Shown: positions 28,334-41,668 of the stretch, piece after piece
Numbering within the stretch: position 1 is the first letter of the stretch
Layout: each line of letters opens with the position of its first letter
Origin: Eledone cirrhosa
Lineage: Eukaryota
Reading direction: 5' to 3'
DNA: 64,000 bases
NCBI GenBank assembly: GCA_964016885.1
Contig: OZ024743.1
Span: forward strand, 151,032,001 to 151,096,000
Position numbers and translations under genes: made by a program
The notes under the pieces: model-generated
What the model was told of the DNA's origin: nothing
What the model saw: only the letters and a program-made list of their open reading frames with translations
Database searches by the model: none

Positions 28334-28478
28334 TATTTCTGAAGACGGCGTATATATGTGTTAGGTATGTATATTTAATCTTGATAATTTGTATAATTTT
28401 GTATAATTTTCTACATAGATCTGTTGAATATGCATACCAATTATAACACATATATACCCTAGAAACGATCGTTAAATA
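28334..28478 (+). ncRNA. Type I hammerhead ribozyme with very long stem II (family 2), in PLE-like island 28337-28671
   Basis: TATTT-CTGAAGA-[GTATATATGTGTTA..GGTATGTATATTTAA...TTGAATATGCATACC..TAACACATATATAC]-GAAA-C-GATC-G-TT-AAATA. The base of stem II is imperfect. Confidence 0.65.
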
Positions 28479-28804
28479 ATGAACTTTTTTTGTTTAATAT
28501 AAGGAATTGTTTATTCATTATTTGTTTAATATTTTATCTTGACTCTGTATACCGTTTATCTTTCACCGAAAGTGGTTTTTCATTGCATCTCTTCTTTCCA
28601 TGATATCCGGAATACATTGAGTTCTTCATACGGATTGGACACTACCGTAAACTCTTGGTAGATTTATCTACATATATATATATATATATATATATAGATA
28701 TATATATATATAGTATATATATATATATATAGATATATATATAGTATATATATATATATATAGATATATATATATATAGTATATATATATATATATAGTA
28801 TATA

Positions 28805-28842
<38 letters not shown>

Positions 28843-28861
28843 GTATATATATATATATAGT

Positions 28862-28928
<67 letters not shown>

Positions 28929-28945
28929 GTATATATATATATAGT

Positions 28946-29004
<59 letters not shown>

Positions 29005-29005
29005 G

Positions 29006-29100
<95 letters not shown>

Positions 29101-29144
29101 TATATAGTATATATATATATATATATATATAGTATATATATATA

Positions 29145-29186
<42 letters not shown>

Positions 29187-29250
29187 TATATATATATATA
29201 TATATATAGTATATATATATATTTATATATAGTATATATATATAGTATAT

Positions 29251-29435
29251 ACGTAGGTCCCGGGTTGAGTCGGGGATAACCACAGTAAGTAAGGTACTAA
29301 ATACATGCAGTGTAAACATTTTTATTTTATAAAAGGAGTTTCTACAGGACTAGTACTGTTTCATTCAGATGAAATCTTCAGGACTTAAGATTTCATCTGA
29401 ATGAAACAGTACTAGTCCTGTAGAAGCTCCTTCTA
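29251..29435. mobile_element. Small palindromic PLE-like insert (family 4) with hammerhead-like core
   Basis: Long minus arm 29251-29385 and short plus arm 29387-29435. Minus strand CTGAAGA-TTTCATCTGAAT-GAAAC-AGTACTA-GTC. Homologous to 33385-33571. Confidence 0.65.
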
Positions 29436-29439
29436 TATA

Positions 29440-29487
<48 letters not shown>

Positions 29488-29977
29488 TATATATATATAT
29501 ATTTATAGTATTTATTAAAATAACAGATTAAAGTTTAAGCAAAGAATCGCTGCTTTCACCCTTAACGGGATCTTCTGAAACTAACAAAGTCAATCTGTAA
29601 ACGCAGAAGTGGATATTTCAAAAAACGTTGCAACCGGAGGAAGACAGGAAGACGATACTTGGTGTGGTGAAACATAGTATATATATATAGTATATATATA
29701 CAGTGTATATATATATATATATATATATAGTGTATATATAGATATATAGTGTATATATATATATAGTGTATATATATATATATATAGTGTTTATATATAT
29801 ATAGTGTATATATATATAGTATATATATATATATATATATAGTATATGGAAAGTTATATTTAAATTGTTGGGTTAACAACGAGTAAATATTTATAACTGA
29901 TATAAAAGCACTCAACAAGTATTTGGAGTATATTTATGATATTAAATAAATGGAAACTATATTTATAAAACCATATT

Positions 29978-30043
29978 TATTTCGTTATATATATTTCAGG
30001 GATATCATATTAACAATATGTTATGCCTTCTTCAGACAAAATA
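29978..30043 (-). ncRNA. Minimal hammerhead ribozyme (family 1, CUGAAGA core)
   Basis: TCTTCAG at 30029-35; stem I TATTTTGT/ACGAAATA. Confidence 0.78.
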
Positions 30044-30450
30044 CAATATAAACAGTCTTATAAATAGATAGATACGACATACCTTTCAATCACCTTGCAT
30101 TTGGGAGGTTGATTTGGCAGTAAAAAATATTGTGGACAGTTGTAAAAGAAAGAGAGAAAAAGAGAAAGAAAGAGAAAGGAAGAAAAAGAAGAAATGCATG
30201 TGACTAAATAGAGAGATATAGAAAGATAGATAAAGAGAAGAACTTCATGTAAAGAAACAGAGAGAAATATATATAGAGAGAGGAAAAAGAAAGAGAGATA
30301 GAGATAGATAGAGAAACTAGGAAGTTGAGTATCGGTTGATACATTTATTTATTTATTTATTTATTTATTTAGCTCTAGTATTAATGTAAAGAGAGATGTA
30401 TGTAGTTATTTATAAGATGTATCTATTTATTTATAAGACTGTTTATATTG

Positions 30451-30508
30451 TATTTTGTCTGAAGAAGGCATAACATATTGTTATCCCTGAAATATATATA
30501 ACGAAATA
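30451..30508 (+). ncRNA. Minimal hammerhead ribozyme (family 1, shortened stem II)
   Basis: TATTTTGT-CTGAAGA-AGGCATAACATATTGTTATCCCT-GAAA-T-ATAT-A-TA-ACGAAATA. Confidence 0.78.
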
Positions 30509-30638
30509 AATATGGTTTTATAAATATAGTTTCCATTTATTTAATATCATATATATAGTATATATATATATATAGTATATATATATATATAGTGTATATA
30601 TATATATATATATATAGTATATATATATATATATATAG

Positions 30639-30669
<31 letters not shown>

Positions 30670-30943
30670 TATATATATATATATAGTATATATATATATA
30701 TATAGTATATATATATATATATATAGTATATATATATATATAGTATATATATATATATATATAGTATATATATATATATATAGTATATATATATATATAG
30801 TATATATATATATATAGTACATATATATATATAGTATATATATATATATAGTATATATATATATAGTATATATATATAGTATATACATATATATATATAT
30901 AGTATATATATATATATAGTATATATATATATATATATATATA

Positions 30944-30978
<35 letters not shown>

Positions 30979-31167
30979 TATATAGTATATATATATATAT
31001 ATAGTATATATATATATATATATATAGTATATATATATATATAGTATATATATATATATATATATATATAAATATATATAGTATATATATATATATAGTA
31101 TATATATATATAGTATATATATGTCTAGTATATATATATATACTATATATATATATATATATATATA

Positions 31168-31205
<38 letters not shown>

Positions 31206-31241
31206 GTTATATATATATATATAACTACTATATATATATAT

Positions 31242-32486
31242 CATAGCTGAATCTATGGTAGAACTAGAGAATAAATTCCAAACCTGGAAGCAGGGACTAG
31301 AGAGAAAGGGCCTCAAAGTCAACATGACAAAGACTAAGGTCCTTATAAGTAGACGAGAAAACAGAACCCAGATCCCCTCAGGGAAATGGCCTTGCTCAGT
31401 ATGTAGGAAAGGTGTAGGTAGGAACTCCATTCTTTGCCCCAAATGCAAACAATGGGTACACAAGAGATGTAGCGGGATCTCAGGAAGCTTAATTAAGAAT
31501 GTAGGATTCACATGCAGCAGCTGTGCTGAAACAGCAAGCAAACAGCCACAGGAAACAAGTACCACCAATCTCTGGGAGGGCCCTGTAGAAACAGTAGACA
31601 GCTTCTGCTACCTAGGTGACCGAATTAGCAACGGAGGTGGGTGCTCAGAAAGTACAATAACTAGGGTAAGAACGGGATGGAAGAAGTTTAGGGAACTACT
31701 ACCACTGCTAGCTGCAAAAGGCTTCTCCCTCAGAATGAAAGGCAGACTGTATGATGCGTGTATCCGAACAGCGATGTTGCATGGTAGTGAGACCTGGGCG
31801 CTGAAGGTGGAAGACTTACGTAGATTAGAGAGAAAGGAAGCCTGCATGCTCCGATGGATGTGTAACAGTAATATACGTGAACGACAAAGCATAAATGAAT
31901 TGAGAGAGAGACTGAGCATAAGAGGAATCAAATGCTGCGTGCAGGAGAGGCGGTTACGCTGGTATGGACATGTGATGCGTATGAAGGATGACAGCTGCAT
32001 AAAAAGGTGCAGAGCACTAGAAGTTGATGGAAACCGCGGAGTGGGGAGACCCAAGATGACTTGGGATGAGGTGATAAAAGCCGACCTTACCCAACTACAC
32101 CTCTCAAAGTCAATGACACACGACCGTGACTTCTGGCGTCACGCAGTAATACAGGGTACCCGACCTCCCATGGGTACATGCTGAAGCATATAAACAATAT
32201 GCCCCCCCCCCCACCGCAAGGTGGTCGTGGAGGTGCCACGGCAAAAAAGCACCCAGCCCACACTGTAAAGTGGACGTGTAGGCGCCACGAAAAAGCACCC
32301 AGCACTCACTGTAAATGAGGTTGGTGTTAGGAAGGGCATCCAGCTGTAGAAATCAAGCCAGATCAGTTCCTGTATGAGCAAGGCATGGTCAGCCGACCAG
32401 ACACTGCCCACAACAGGACAACCCGTCTAACCCATGCTAGCGTGGAAGAACGGACGTAAAACGGTGATGATGATGATGATGATGAT
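31242..32486 (+). mobile_element. 5'-truncated RTE family A copy with (GAT)n tail
   Basis: 309-aa ORF near-identical to the C-terminal part of 2777-4402; same 3' UTR. Confidence 0.95.
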
Positions 32487-32538
32487 ATATATATATAGTA
32501 TATATATATAGTATATATATGTCTAGTATATATATATA

Positions 32539-32607
<69 letters not shown>

Positions 32608-32695
32608 GTTATATATATACTAGACATATATATACTATATATATATACTATATATATATATATACTATATATATTTATATATATATATATATATA

Positions 32696-32731
<36 letters not shown>

Positions 32732-32754
32732 GTTATATATATATATATATATAT

Positions 32755-33366
32755 TGGCGAATCACTGACGAAGGACTAATTTTATCATATGTAACCCATG
32801 TGCAGCCACGCAGTATTCTTCTTTCTTCTCATGTTTTTTATATATATTTACCTCGGCTGCGTTTGTCTGTTTCTCTCTTATGCTTCCCTGTTCTCTCTGT
32901 TGCTCTCACCTTCTTTCGCCCCCTCTGTCAGTTACACTGTCTCTTGACTGACCTCTTCCTCGCACTTCCACTCACTCACTCTCTGTTTCTCCCCTTCTCA
33001 CTTCCTCCCGTTTGGCTAGTAGTGGGTTCTCTTCTTGCTCACATCTCACTCACGTCGGACGGTCTGTATCTTGATCGCTCATGAAATCCACCCAGCTTAT
33101 GCTGACCAGACAACCATGTTTCTTGTTTATTTTCCTATCTTTGGTTTGCTTTTATCCTTCTATGTTGTTCACTTGTCCCCCTCGCTTTACGCTATTTACT
33201 GGTCCTAATAACTTTTTTTAGTTATTGCTCGCACCAACCTGAGGTATATGATTTTTAATGCAATGAAATATCAATGATGGTTGGCAAATCACTGACGAAG
33301 GACTAATTTTATCATATGTAACCCATGTGCAACCACGCAGTATTCTTCTTTCTTCTCATGTTTTTT
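32755..33366 (+). mobile_element. PLE-like partial tandem: ~86-bp direct terminal repeats (32755-32840, 33281-33366) around a CT-rich core
   Basis: Both repeats contain ATCA-CTGACGA-AGGAC, but no matching GAAA/UH half was found. Confidence 0.5.
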
Positions 33367-33384
33367 ATATATATATATATATAT

Positions 33385-33571
33385 AGATGAGATTCTACAG
33401 GACTAGAACTGTTTCATTCATTAGAAATCATCAGGAATTCCTGATGATTTCTAATGAATGAAACAGTTCTAGTCCTGTAGAATCTCATCTATATTAAAAC
33501 TGTTATACTCTGCTATGTATTGAGTACCTTACTTACTGTGGTTACCTCCGATTCAACCCGGAATAACGTAC
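33385..33571. mobile_element. Small palindromic PLE-like insert (family 4) centred on GAATTC
   Basis: Perfect palindrome ~33381-33494. Plus arm CTGATGA-TTTCTAATGAAT-GAAAC-AGTTCTA-GTC continues to 33571. Confidence 0.65.
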
Positions 33572-33586
33572 ATATATATATATATA

Positions 33587-33650
33587 TACTCTTTTACTCT
33601 TTTACCTGTTTCAGCCATCCGGCTGAGGCCATGCTGGGGCACTGCCCTTG
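33587..33650 (-). mobile_element. 3'-end-only copy of the CR1/L2-like LINE at 16172-20540
   Basis: Matches the LINE 3' end at 16172-16235. Confidence 0.85.
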
Positions 33651-33656
33651 TATGTA

Positions 33657-33697
<41 letters not shown>

Positions 33698-33699
<2 letters not shown>

Positions 33700-36600
33700 T
33701 CATCATCATCATCATCAACGTTTAACGTCCGTGTTCCACGCTTGCATGGGTTTGGACGGGGGTAGTCCCACTTGAGGCAAGAGTGATTGTCTTGCTCGCA
33801 TAGGACTGACTGGCAGGTTTTCTACAGTTGGATGCCCTTCCTAACACCAACCACATTTACAGTGTGGGTCTGGGAGGTTTTTACCGTGTTGCCTACACGG
33901 CCACATTACAGCGTGGACTGTGTGTTTTTTTGTCGTGACACCTACACGATCTCATTTGTTTCGGCCTGGATGGTGTGGTACCAACATAACTTAACATAGA
34001 ACGGGGTGGTGTGGATGGGGTGGGGGTGGTGGGACGGGGGGTTTTGTTAGAGATGCCTACTGGCTGTAGTAGGTTTTACTATGTATTTAGGTAAGGCGGG
34101 TCTTCTCTGTTACTGAGTACCGCCAAAGGTCTCGGTCCAGTGACATTGTCTTGGAGAGGTGTAAGTGTGTGAGGTCGGAGTTTATCAGCTCGTCCCAGGT
34201 TTTTCTAGGTCTGCCTATTCCGTGGCTACCGTCTATCTTTATTGCCCTGCACTTTGTTATACAGCTATCGACTTTCATGCGCATCACGTGTCCATACCAA
34301 CGTAGCCTTCTCTCGAGTAAACAACATCTGATCCCTCTTATTTCTAATTTGTTCCTTAGTTCGTTTATGCTTTGCCGTTCACGTATATTACTGTTACACA
34401 TCCAGCGGAGCATGCAAGCTTCGTTCCTCTCTAGTCTGCGTATATCCTCTGCACACAATGCCCAGGTCTCACTGCCATGCAACATTGCTGTTCGTATGCA
34501 GGCAACGTACAACCTGCCTTTCATTTTTAGGGAGAACCCTTTAGCAGCTAATAGTGGTATAAGCTCTCTGAACTTTTTCCAACCAGTTCTGACTCTAGCT
34601 ACTGTACTTTCAGAGCACCCTCCCCCACTGCTGATTTTATCACCCAGGTAACGGAAACTGTCCACTATTTCTATAGAACCCTCTGCGCAATTGAAAGAGC
34701 TAGTATTTTGTGGGCACTTGCTGCTACTTATTGCACCAGAGCACCGGCCACATGTAAAATCTATGTTCTTAGTTAGCTTACCTGTGATCCCACTACAATG
34801 CACCCATACTTTGCATTTAGGACATAACATGGAGTTTCTACCTACGCCTTTCCTACACACTGAGCACGACCATTTCCCAGAAGGGACCGCCGCCTTATTT
34901 TCTTTCCTACAAACTAGAACTTTAGTCTTAGCCAGGTTAATTTTAAGTCCTTTTGATTCTAGGCCGTGCTTCCATGTTTGGAATTTCTTCTCTAGCTCGG
35001 CCATTGATTCCGCTATGAGTGTCAGGTCGTCTGCGTATAGGAGTTCCCATGGGCAGCCGGTCTTGAACTCCTCTGTTATAGCCTGAAGGCCAATAATAAA
35101 TAGTAGGGGGCTGAGAACAGAGCCCTGATGGACGCCAACTTTTACGCTAAACTCTTCACTATATTCGTTTTTAATTCTAACCTTGCTGACTGTTTCTTTA
35201 TACATGGCTTGTATAGCTCTCACAAGCCATTCGTCAACGCCTAGTTTTCTAAGAGCCCACCAGATAATGGAGCGGGGGACTCTGTCGATGGCTTTCTCCA
35301 AGTCGACAAAAGCTAAGTAGAGGGGTTTACCTTTAGCTAGGTACTTCTCCTGTAGTTGTCGTACAATGAAAAGAGCGTCTGTGGTACTTTTGCCTAACAC
35401 AAACCCGAACTGCATTTCATCTAGGTCAATTCTCTCTCTGATTAGTTGTGCTATTACTTTTTCCGTGACCTTCATGACCTGGTCGATTAATTTAATGCCT
35501 CTATAGTTACTCCTATCTAGGGCGTCTCCTTTGCCCTTATAACAGTTAACGATGATGCTGCTATGCCAGTCCTTCGGAACAATCCCATTCTGTACGACTT
35601 GGTTAACTATGCGGGTGACCATGGTGTGTCCCACCGTGCCAGATGCCTTCAGCATCTCAGCAACTATTTCCGAAGGCCCAGCCGCCTTACCCGTCTTCAT
35701 ATCCTTGATTGCCTTACTTATTATACTCCCCTCGACTAACACTGCTGGTCCCTCTATTGGGTCGATATGGAGGAGACTGTCTTTCTCCCATTTATTCTCC
35801 TCATTTAGTAGCCTTTCATAGTGACACTTCCAAGCTACCTTCTTATCAGCGTCGGTGATGGCAAGTATGCCATCATCGTTAAGTACACACTTCTCCCCGA
35901 CAATATCACGGTTTTCCTTGACGCATTGCCTAGCAATCCTGAACACCTCACGTTTTTGGTCATCGCGTTGTAGAACATGCTTGAACTTTCTTTCCTCAGC
36001 TTCCCTTCTTGCTAAGTACACTTGTCTCCTAGCTTCCCTCCTGGCCACTTGATAGTCTTCTCTACTTCCCCCATCCCGCCATACTTTCCAAGCCTGCTTT
36101 TTGCCTTAATTGACCCCTCCACCTTACTGTTCCACCACCATGTTACTCTCCTCCTGCCTACAGGCCTGCTCCAGCCACAGACTTCGTCTGTCGCCAACAG
36201 CAGGTTTGCTTTCAGAAATTCCCACTGTCCCTCTATATTGTCCGACTCTAAATGTTCTTCCTTACTGTCGAAAGCATCAAGTAATCTGCTTTGAAATTTA
36301 TTTCTGGCTGTGGGGTCCTTTAGCTTCCATATTTTTCTCCTGAGGATAGTCCTCTTCTGCTGTCGAGTACGTCTCGTCCTGACTATGAGGTCGCTAATTA
36401 TCAGTCTATGTTGGGAGGTGCATTCTTCATGGGGGAGGGATTTAGTGTTTACAACAGACACTCTGTCACGTCTTCTGGTAAGGATATAATCTACCTGGCT
36501 TGTGTGTTCCCCGGATCTATAGGTGATCAGGTGATTGTCACGTTTTTTGAAGTTAGTGTTACAGATAGTTAGGTTATTTGCATCACAGAATTCCAGGATT

Positions 36601-37213
36601 CTGGAGCCTTCCTCATTTCTAGTACCAAACCCATAGCCTCCATGGATTTCGTCGTAGCTGTCACAATGTTGTCCAACGTGACCATTTAGGTCGCCTGCAA
36701 TAATTATATAGTCACTGTCGGATATTTGGGAGGTAGTTAGCATCAGTGTCTCATAGAATCTGTCTTTTATAGTGCCGGGCAGTCCGGATTGGGGTGCGTA
36801 CGCAGATATTACTGTCACCGTAGTTCTATTGAGGACAAGTCGTATTTTAATTATTCTGTCGTTCAGTCTATTTACGTCTATTATCTTATCTGCTCACTTT
36901 TCTGCTACCATGATTCCTACTCCACCCAGCCCATCGTCGTTTCCCACCCAGAAAAGCTTATAACATCGTTTTTTACCCTCAATGAATCTAGCAGACCCAC
37001 CCCTCCACCTGGTCTCTTGAATACAACAAACATCGACCTCCTTACGTTCAAGCATTTCTACAACCTCGTTAGCGCGACCCTTTAGGGTGCCTACATTTAT
37101 GGTACCAACTCTGAAGTTTTGGATTGCGTTTGGAGGGTGGGGCGGTGGGGGGCGGGGGGAGATGGGGTTATGTTAGCCGTCCGCGGTCGAAACAATGAGG
37201 AGTGCTCGCATTA
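33698..37213 (-). mobile_element. Near-full-length RTE LINE (family C): APE + RT + PHD-like finger, (GAT)n tail
   Basis: APE start FRVGTINVGTLK at ~37115, SAYAPQ, AGDLNGHVG and SQHRL motifs; 653-aa RT ORF at 34087-36048; several frameshifts. Confidence 0.95.
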
Positions 37214-37250
37214 TATATATATATATAGTATGTATATATATATATATATA

Positions 37251-38825
37251 ACGAAGGAAATGTGGTAAGGAACCAGATGGACCATAATGCACCAAAGTAC
37301 TCAATAATTAGGGTAGTAGAGTGGGTAATAGGAACAAGTAGGAACCCGACGGCTGAGCTCAAGCCGTTTTGATGGCTAATTCTGGACTAAATGAAAATTT
37401 TTAGCCTGGTAAATGAATAGCCTAACTTTTCAGGGGGTAATTCCATATATGGTAAAAGTGATTGTCACAAGGATTGGTCAAAAGTTTGTTGTTAAGACAC
37501 ATGATTCTATCATGGCATTTTGTGGAAGGTAGGGGTAGCTGAACTTGCCAGTAGAAGAAAGAGGGAGAGGGAGTGGAGGAAACCCAGTCAAGTGTTGAAA
37601 GTGAAAACTACAGCAGATTCTAAGGATAGTGTATAGAAGGTTGAAAAAAGTATACTAGAGAAGGGGAGGAAGTTGAACCAATAAGTAAATCTAAATGGAG
37701 TAAATATATAGAAAATATAAAACATAAAAAAATATAAAAAATATATTTTAAAAAAATTTCTGGTTACTAGTCCCCTTCCACAATCATCAAATCTCTCACT
37801 GGTACTGCTAAGCTATAGAAAAGTTTAATAGGTGGGAAGGAATACTAAATACGAGATTGTAGTGAAAGAATTTTATGAGTTAGTAGTAATCAGCCAAATT
37901 TATCTTACATACAATCACAGGCCAACAAGTTGAGGGCCAACATACTGAAAAAAAAAAAAAAAAAAAAAAAAAAAACTAATACGAAATATTATTTCAGAAT
38001 CCCGAAACTAATACAAAATATTAATTTAGAATCCCAGAACATGAATACTAATACGATATATATAAGTACTGCTACAATACATAAATTCTAATAAACTCTA
38101 CATAAATACTTGTACAATATATATGAAAAACTAATACAATATATATAAATACTGCTACAATACATAAATTCTAATACAATCTACATAAATACTCGTACAA
38201 TATATATGAAAAACTAATACGAAAAATTAATTCAGAATCCCCCAAAAAATAATAAATACTGATATAGGAGAAACTAAAGCAGAAATACCATTGTAAGATA
38301 GATTTGGCCGATTACTACTATTCACTACAATCTCGTATTAGGTAGTCCTTCCCACCTATTAAACTTTTCTATAGCTTAGCAGTACCAGTGAGATTTGATG
38401 ATTGTGGAAGGGGACTAGTAACCAGAAATTGTTTGTTTTTTTTATATTTTTTATATTTTTTTATGTTTTATATTTTCTATATATTTACTTATTGTTTCAA
38501 CTTCCTCCCCCCTCCCCTTCTCTCGTATACTTTTTTCAACCTTCTATACACTTTCACTTTCAACGCTTGACTGGGTTTCCTCCACTCCCTCTCCCTCTTT
38601 CTTCTACTGGCAAGTTCAGCTACCCCTACCTTCCACAAAATGCCATGATAGAATCATGCGTCTTAACAACAAACTTTTGACCAATCTTTGTGACAATCAC
38701 TTTTACCATATATGGAATTACCCCCTGAGAAGTTCGGCTATTCATTTACCAGGCTAAACATTTTCATTTAGTCCAGAATTAGCCGTCGAAACGGCTTGAG
38801 CTCAGCCGTCGGGGTCCTACGTGTT

Positions 38826-38828
<3 letters not shown>
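37251..38828. mobile_element. Head-to-head palindromic PLE insert (family 5) with ~540-670-bp arms
   Basis: 37330-37915 is the reverse complement of ~38290-38828. The left arm extends ~80 nt further 3'. The A-rich spacer has a poly(A) run and a ~76-bp duplication. Confidence 0.8.
38720..38815 (+). ncRNA. Type I hammerhead fold (family 5), CUGAGAA core; decayed mirror copy at 37343-37438 (-)
   Basis: ACCCC-CTGAGAA-G..GGCTA...TAGCC..C-GAAA-CGGCT-TGAGCTC-AGCCG-TC-GGGGT. G8 is replaced by A without the C3U partner. Confidence 0.65.
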
Positions 38829-38896
<68 letters not shown>

Positions 38897-38948
38897 TATA
38901 TATATATATATATATATATAGTATATATATATATATATATATATATAG

Positions 38949-39088
<140 letters not shown>

Positions 39089-39267
39089 AGTATATATAGT
39101 ATATATATATATATATATATAGTATCTATATATATATATGTAGGAGGTGAGTTTTATTGTAGTACAATAAAGCAATGCAGATATCGGATAAGAAGCACTC
39201 TACAGTTTGTAGGACTGGAGTATACATAATATATAAGAACAAAAGATGGTTAAAAGAGTTCCATGTA

Positions 39268-39334
39268 TTTTATTATGCGCATTTCAAAAACAAATATCAT
39301 CATGCAATAATATTTGTGTTTTCATCAGATAAAA
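39268..39334 (-). ncRNA. Mirror copy of the Naiad hammerhead ribozyme
   Basis: TCATCAG at 39322-28; reverse complement of 42557-42623. Confidence 0.88.
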
Positions 39335-40692
39335 CAGGAAGACATGATATGAAGGTTAAAAAACACTTGTGGATAGTTCAGTTTTAAATCAACATATGAG
39401 AGGTAGTTTTAGATTGATGTGTGATATTGGGAAAAATATTTTATTTAGAGGGGGGGTTGGAAAGGATGAAAAAGCGGAGGAGATGAGAGTAAAAAGCGGA
39501 GAGGGAGGAGTATAATGAGGAAGGATGAGATAGAAGGAGAGATGGGTGATAGAGAGAGAGAGATAGCTTTTATAACTGAGAAAGATATATTGTTTTACAT
39601 AGAGAGGTTGAAAACCGTTGGAAGATAATGTATAAATTAAAAGAATTTGAAAATTAACGAAGAGAAAAATAATGTAAAGTTAAGGTTTGTATATTGAGGG
39701 GTTTGATAATATGTGCGATGAAAAAGAAAATGTTAATATGTATTGAGAATAATATTTAAGGGTTTAATAATATGTGCGATGTTAAGAAAATGTTGATATG
39801 TATTATTAAAAGGAACAACAGGTTATTTAAGTAAGGAAATATTGTGAGATGAGCATGAATGAGTTAGATGAAAGGGAGAAAAGAATAATGAATTGAGGAT
39901 GAATAATCTAACGTCAAAAAAATGTATATATTTACGAAGGATTTTTACAAGGTGATATAGAGTAAGAATGTATTGTATTATGTAATAATTGATTCTATGT
40001 TAGGCAAGAGTGAGAAAAGGTACATTAAGGGTTAGACATTAAAAGAAGAAGAGAAGAAAGGGAAGTGATAATTAGGAGCGATGTAGAATGAGTAACAAGT
40101 ATTATAGAATGTATAATAACCTTTGAAATAAGGTAGAAAGATAGGTATATTTTTAAAAGAAGTGTATATATATATATATGTGCCTTTGAGAAAAAGATTC
40201 TAAATTGATAAAGAATTGAATATTAGCTGTATACTTTGTGAAATGTTTTATGGAATTTATGCAAGCAGATAGAAAACAAGTCAGTGCGTCTATTTATTAT
40301 AGAATCTAAATTAGAAATAATGGTAAATTTTTCATTTAGACAAGGATTGCAAATTTTGGATAGAGAACTGTTCAAGTATGGAGACGCAGAAGAAACCTTC
40401 TTCCAAAAGATGCTATATTTAATATTTTTGTCTTTCAAGGACCATATGAGTTCTGAGAGAGCCGTGTTGGTTCTTTTAAGTTTGTATTTAAAAGACGAAT
40501 GATGGTTATAAAGATGAGCTTTAAAAGAGGTGGAAGTGGAGCCAAAATAGGTGAAGGAATTGGTGTCAGTTATAACTTTACATTCGTAAATTAAGTTTTT
40601 ATCAAGACAATGATAGAGGACATTTATTTTTAATAGGGCAATTGCAATTGCGATTAGAGAGATTATTAATGAGTGACCTAGTGTTATCTATA

Positions 40693-41668
40693 GAAGCCGG
40701 CTATCCTGATAAAATCAAATATAGTAAAGAAACAAATTCTAGAAGAAATTACAGTAGAATAATTAATCATGATCATTCCAATAACTTTAATAAAAGACCT
40801 AGATACAAAAACATAATCTGGTATAATGCTCCTTTCTCCATCTCTATTAATAACAATATTCCTAAATTATTCTTTAGTGCCTTAAATAAATGCTTCCCTC
40901 CCTCACATATCTATAGTAAAATATTTAACAAACACACTATAAAATTTTCCTATTCTACATCCTCCAACATTTCCAACATTATCTCTAAACACAACAATAA
41001 AATACTAAATACTAAATCTCTTCCTTCCAACACTGAATATCATAATAATAGTACTCCCGACGTCATTGTAAACCCTAGGCTAATTTCTACAAACCCAAAT
41101 ACAACGTCTAACACAACTTCGCTAAATGTTCTTAATCCCATTCTAAATCAAGAAACTATTATTCCTATCGCAAATAACTTCTCCAATCCAATTCCTTCTA
41201 TAGATAACACTAGGTCACTCATTAATAATCTCTCTAATCGCAATTGCAATTGCCCTATTAAAAATAAATGTCCTCTATCATTGTCTTGATAAAAACTTAA
41301 TTTACGAATGTAAAGTTATAACTGACACCAATTCCTTCACCTATTTTGGCTCCACTTCCACCTCTTTTAAAGCTCGTCTTTATAACCATCATTCGTCTTT
41401 TAAATACAAACTTAAAAGAACCAACACGGCTCTCTCAGAACTCATATGGTCCTTGAAAGACAAAAATATTAAATATAGCATCTTTTGGAAGAAGGTTTCT
41501 TCTGCGTCTCCATACTTGAACAGTTCTCTATCCAAAATTTGCAATCCTTGTCTAAATGAAAAATTTACCATTATTTCTAATTTAGATTCTATAATAAATA
41601 GACGCACTGACTTGTTTTCTATCTGCTTGCATAAATTCCATAAAACATTTCACAAAGTATACAGCTAA
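40693..41668 (+). pseudogene. PLE C-terminal linker + GIY-YIG endonuclease, frameshifted at ~41280
   Basis: Second frame: CLDKNLIYECKV...TYFGSTSTSFKARLYNHHSSF...TALSELIWSLKDK...CNPCLNEK...INRRTDLFSICLH. Confidence 0.88.

Larger units (their letters stand above)
29846..30548. mobile_element. Head-to-head palindromic PLE insert (family 1)
   Basis: Long minus arm from 29846, including a purine-rich (+) upstream part, and short plus arm ~30420-30548. Confidence 0.8.

Noticed and set aside
37165-37213. HDV-like ribozyme at the 5' end of the near-full-length RTE (minus CTCCTCAT...GG..GGCTAA)
   Set aside because: Some motif resemblance, but P1 and P2 pairings cannot be built and the 5' side is cut by TA.
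41240-41668. Selenocysteine (in-frame UGA) recoding as reported for some Naiads
   Set aside because: All conserved Cys positions here are TGY. The TGA at 41287-89 is out of the GIY-YIG frame and results from a frameshift.
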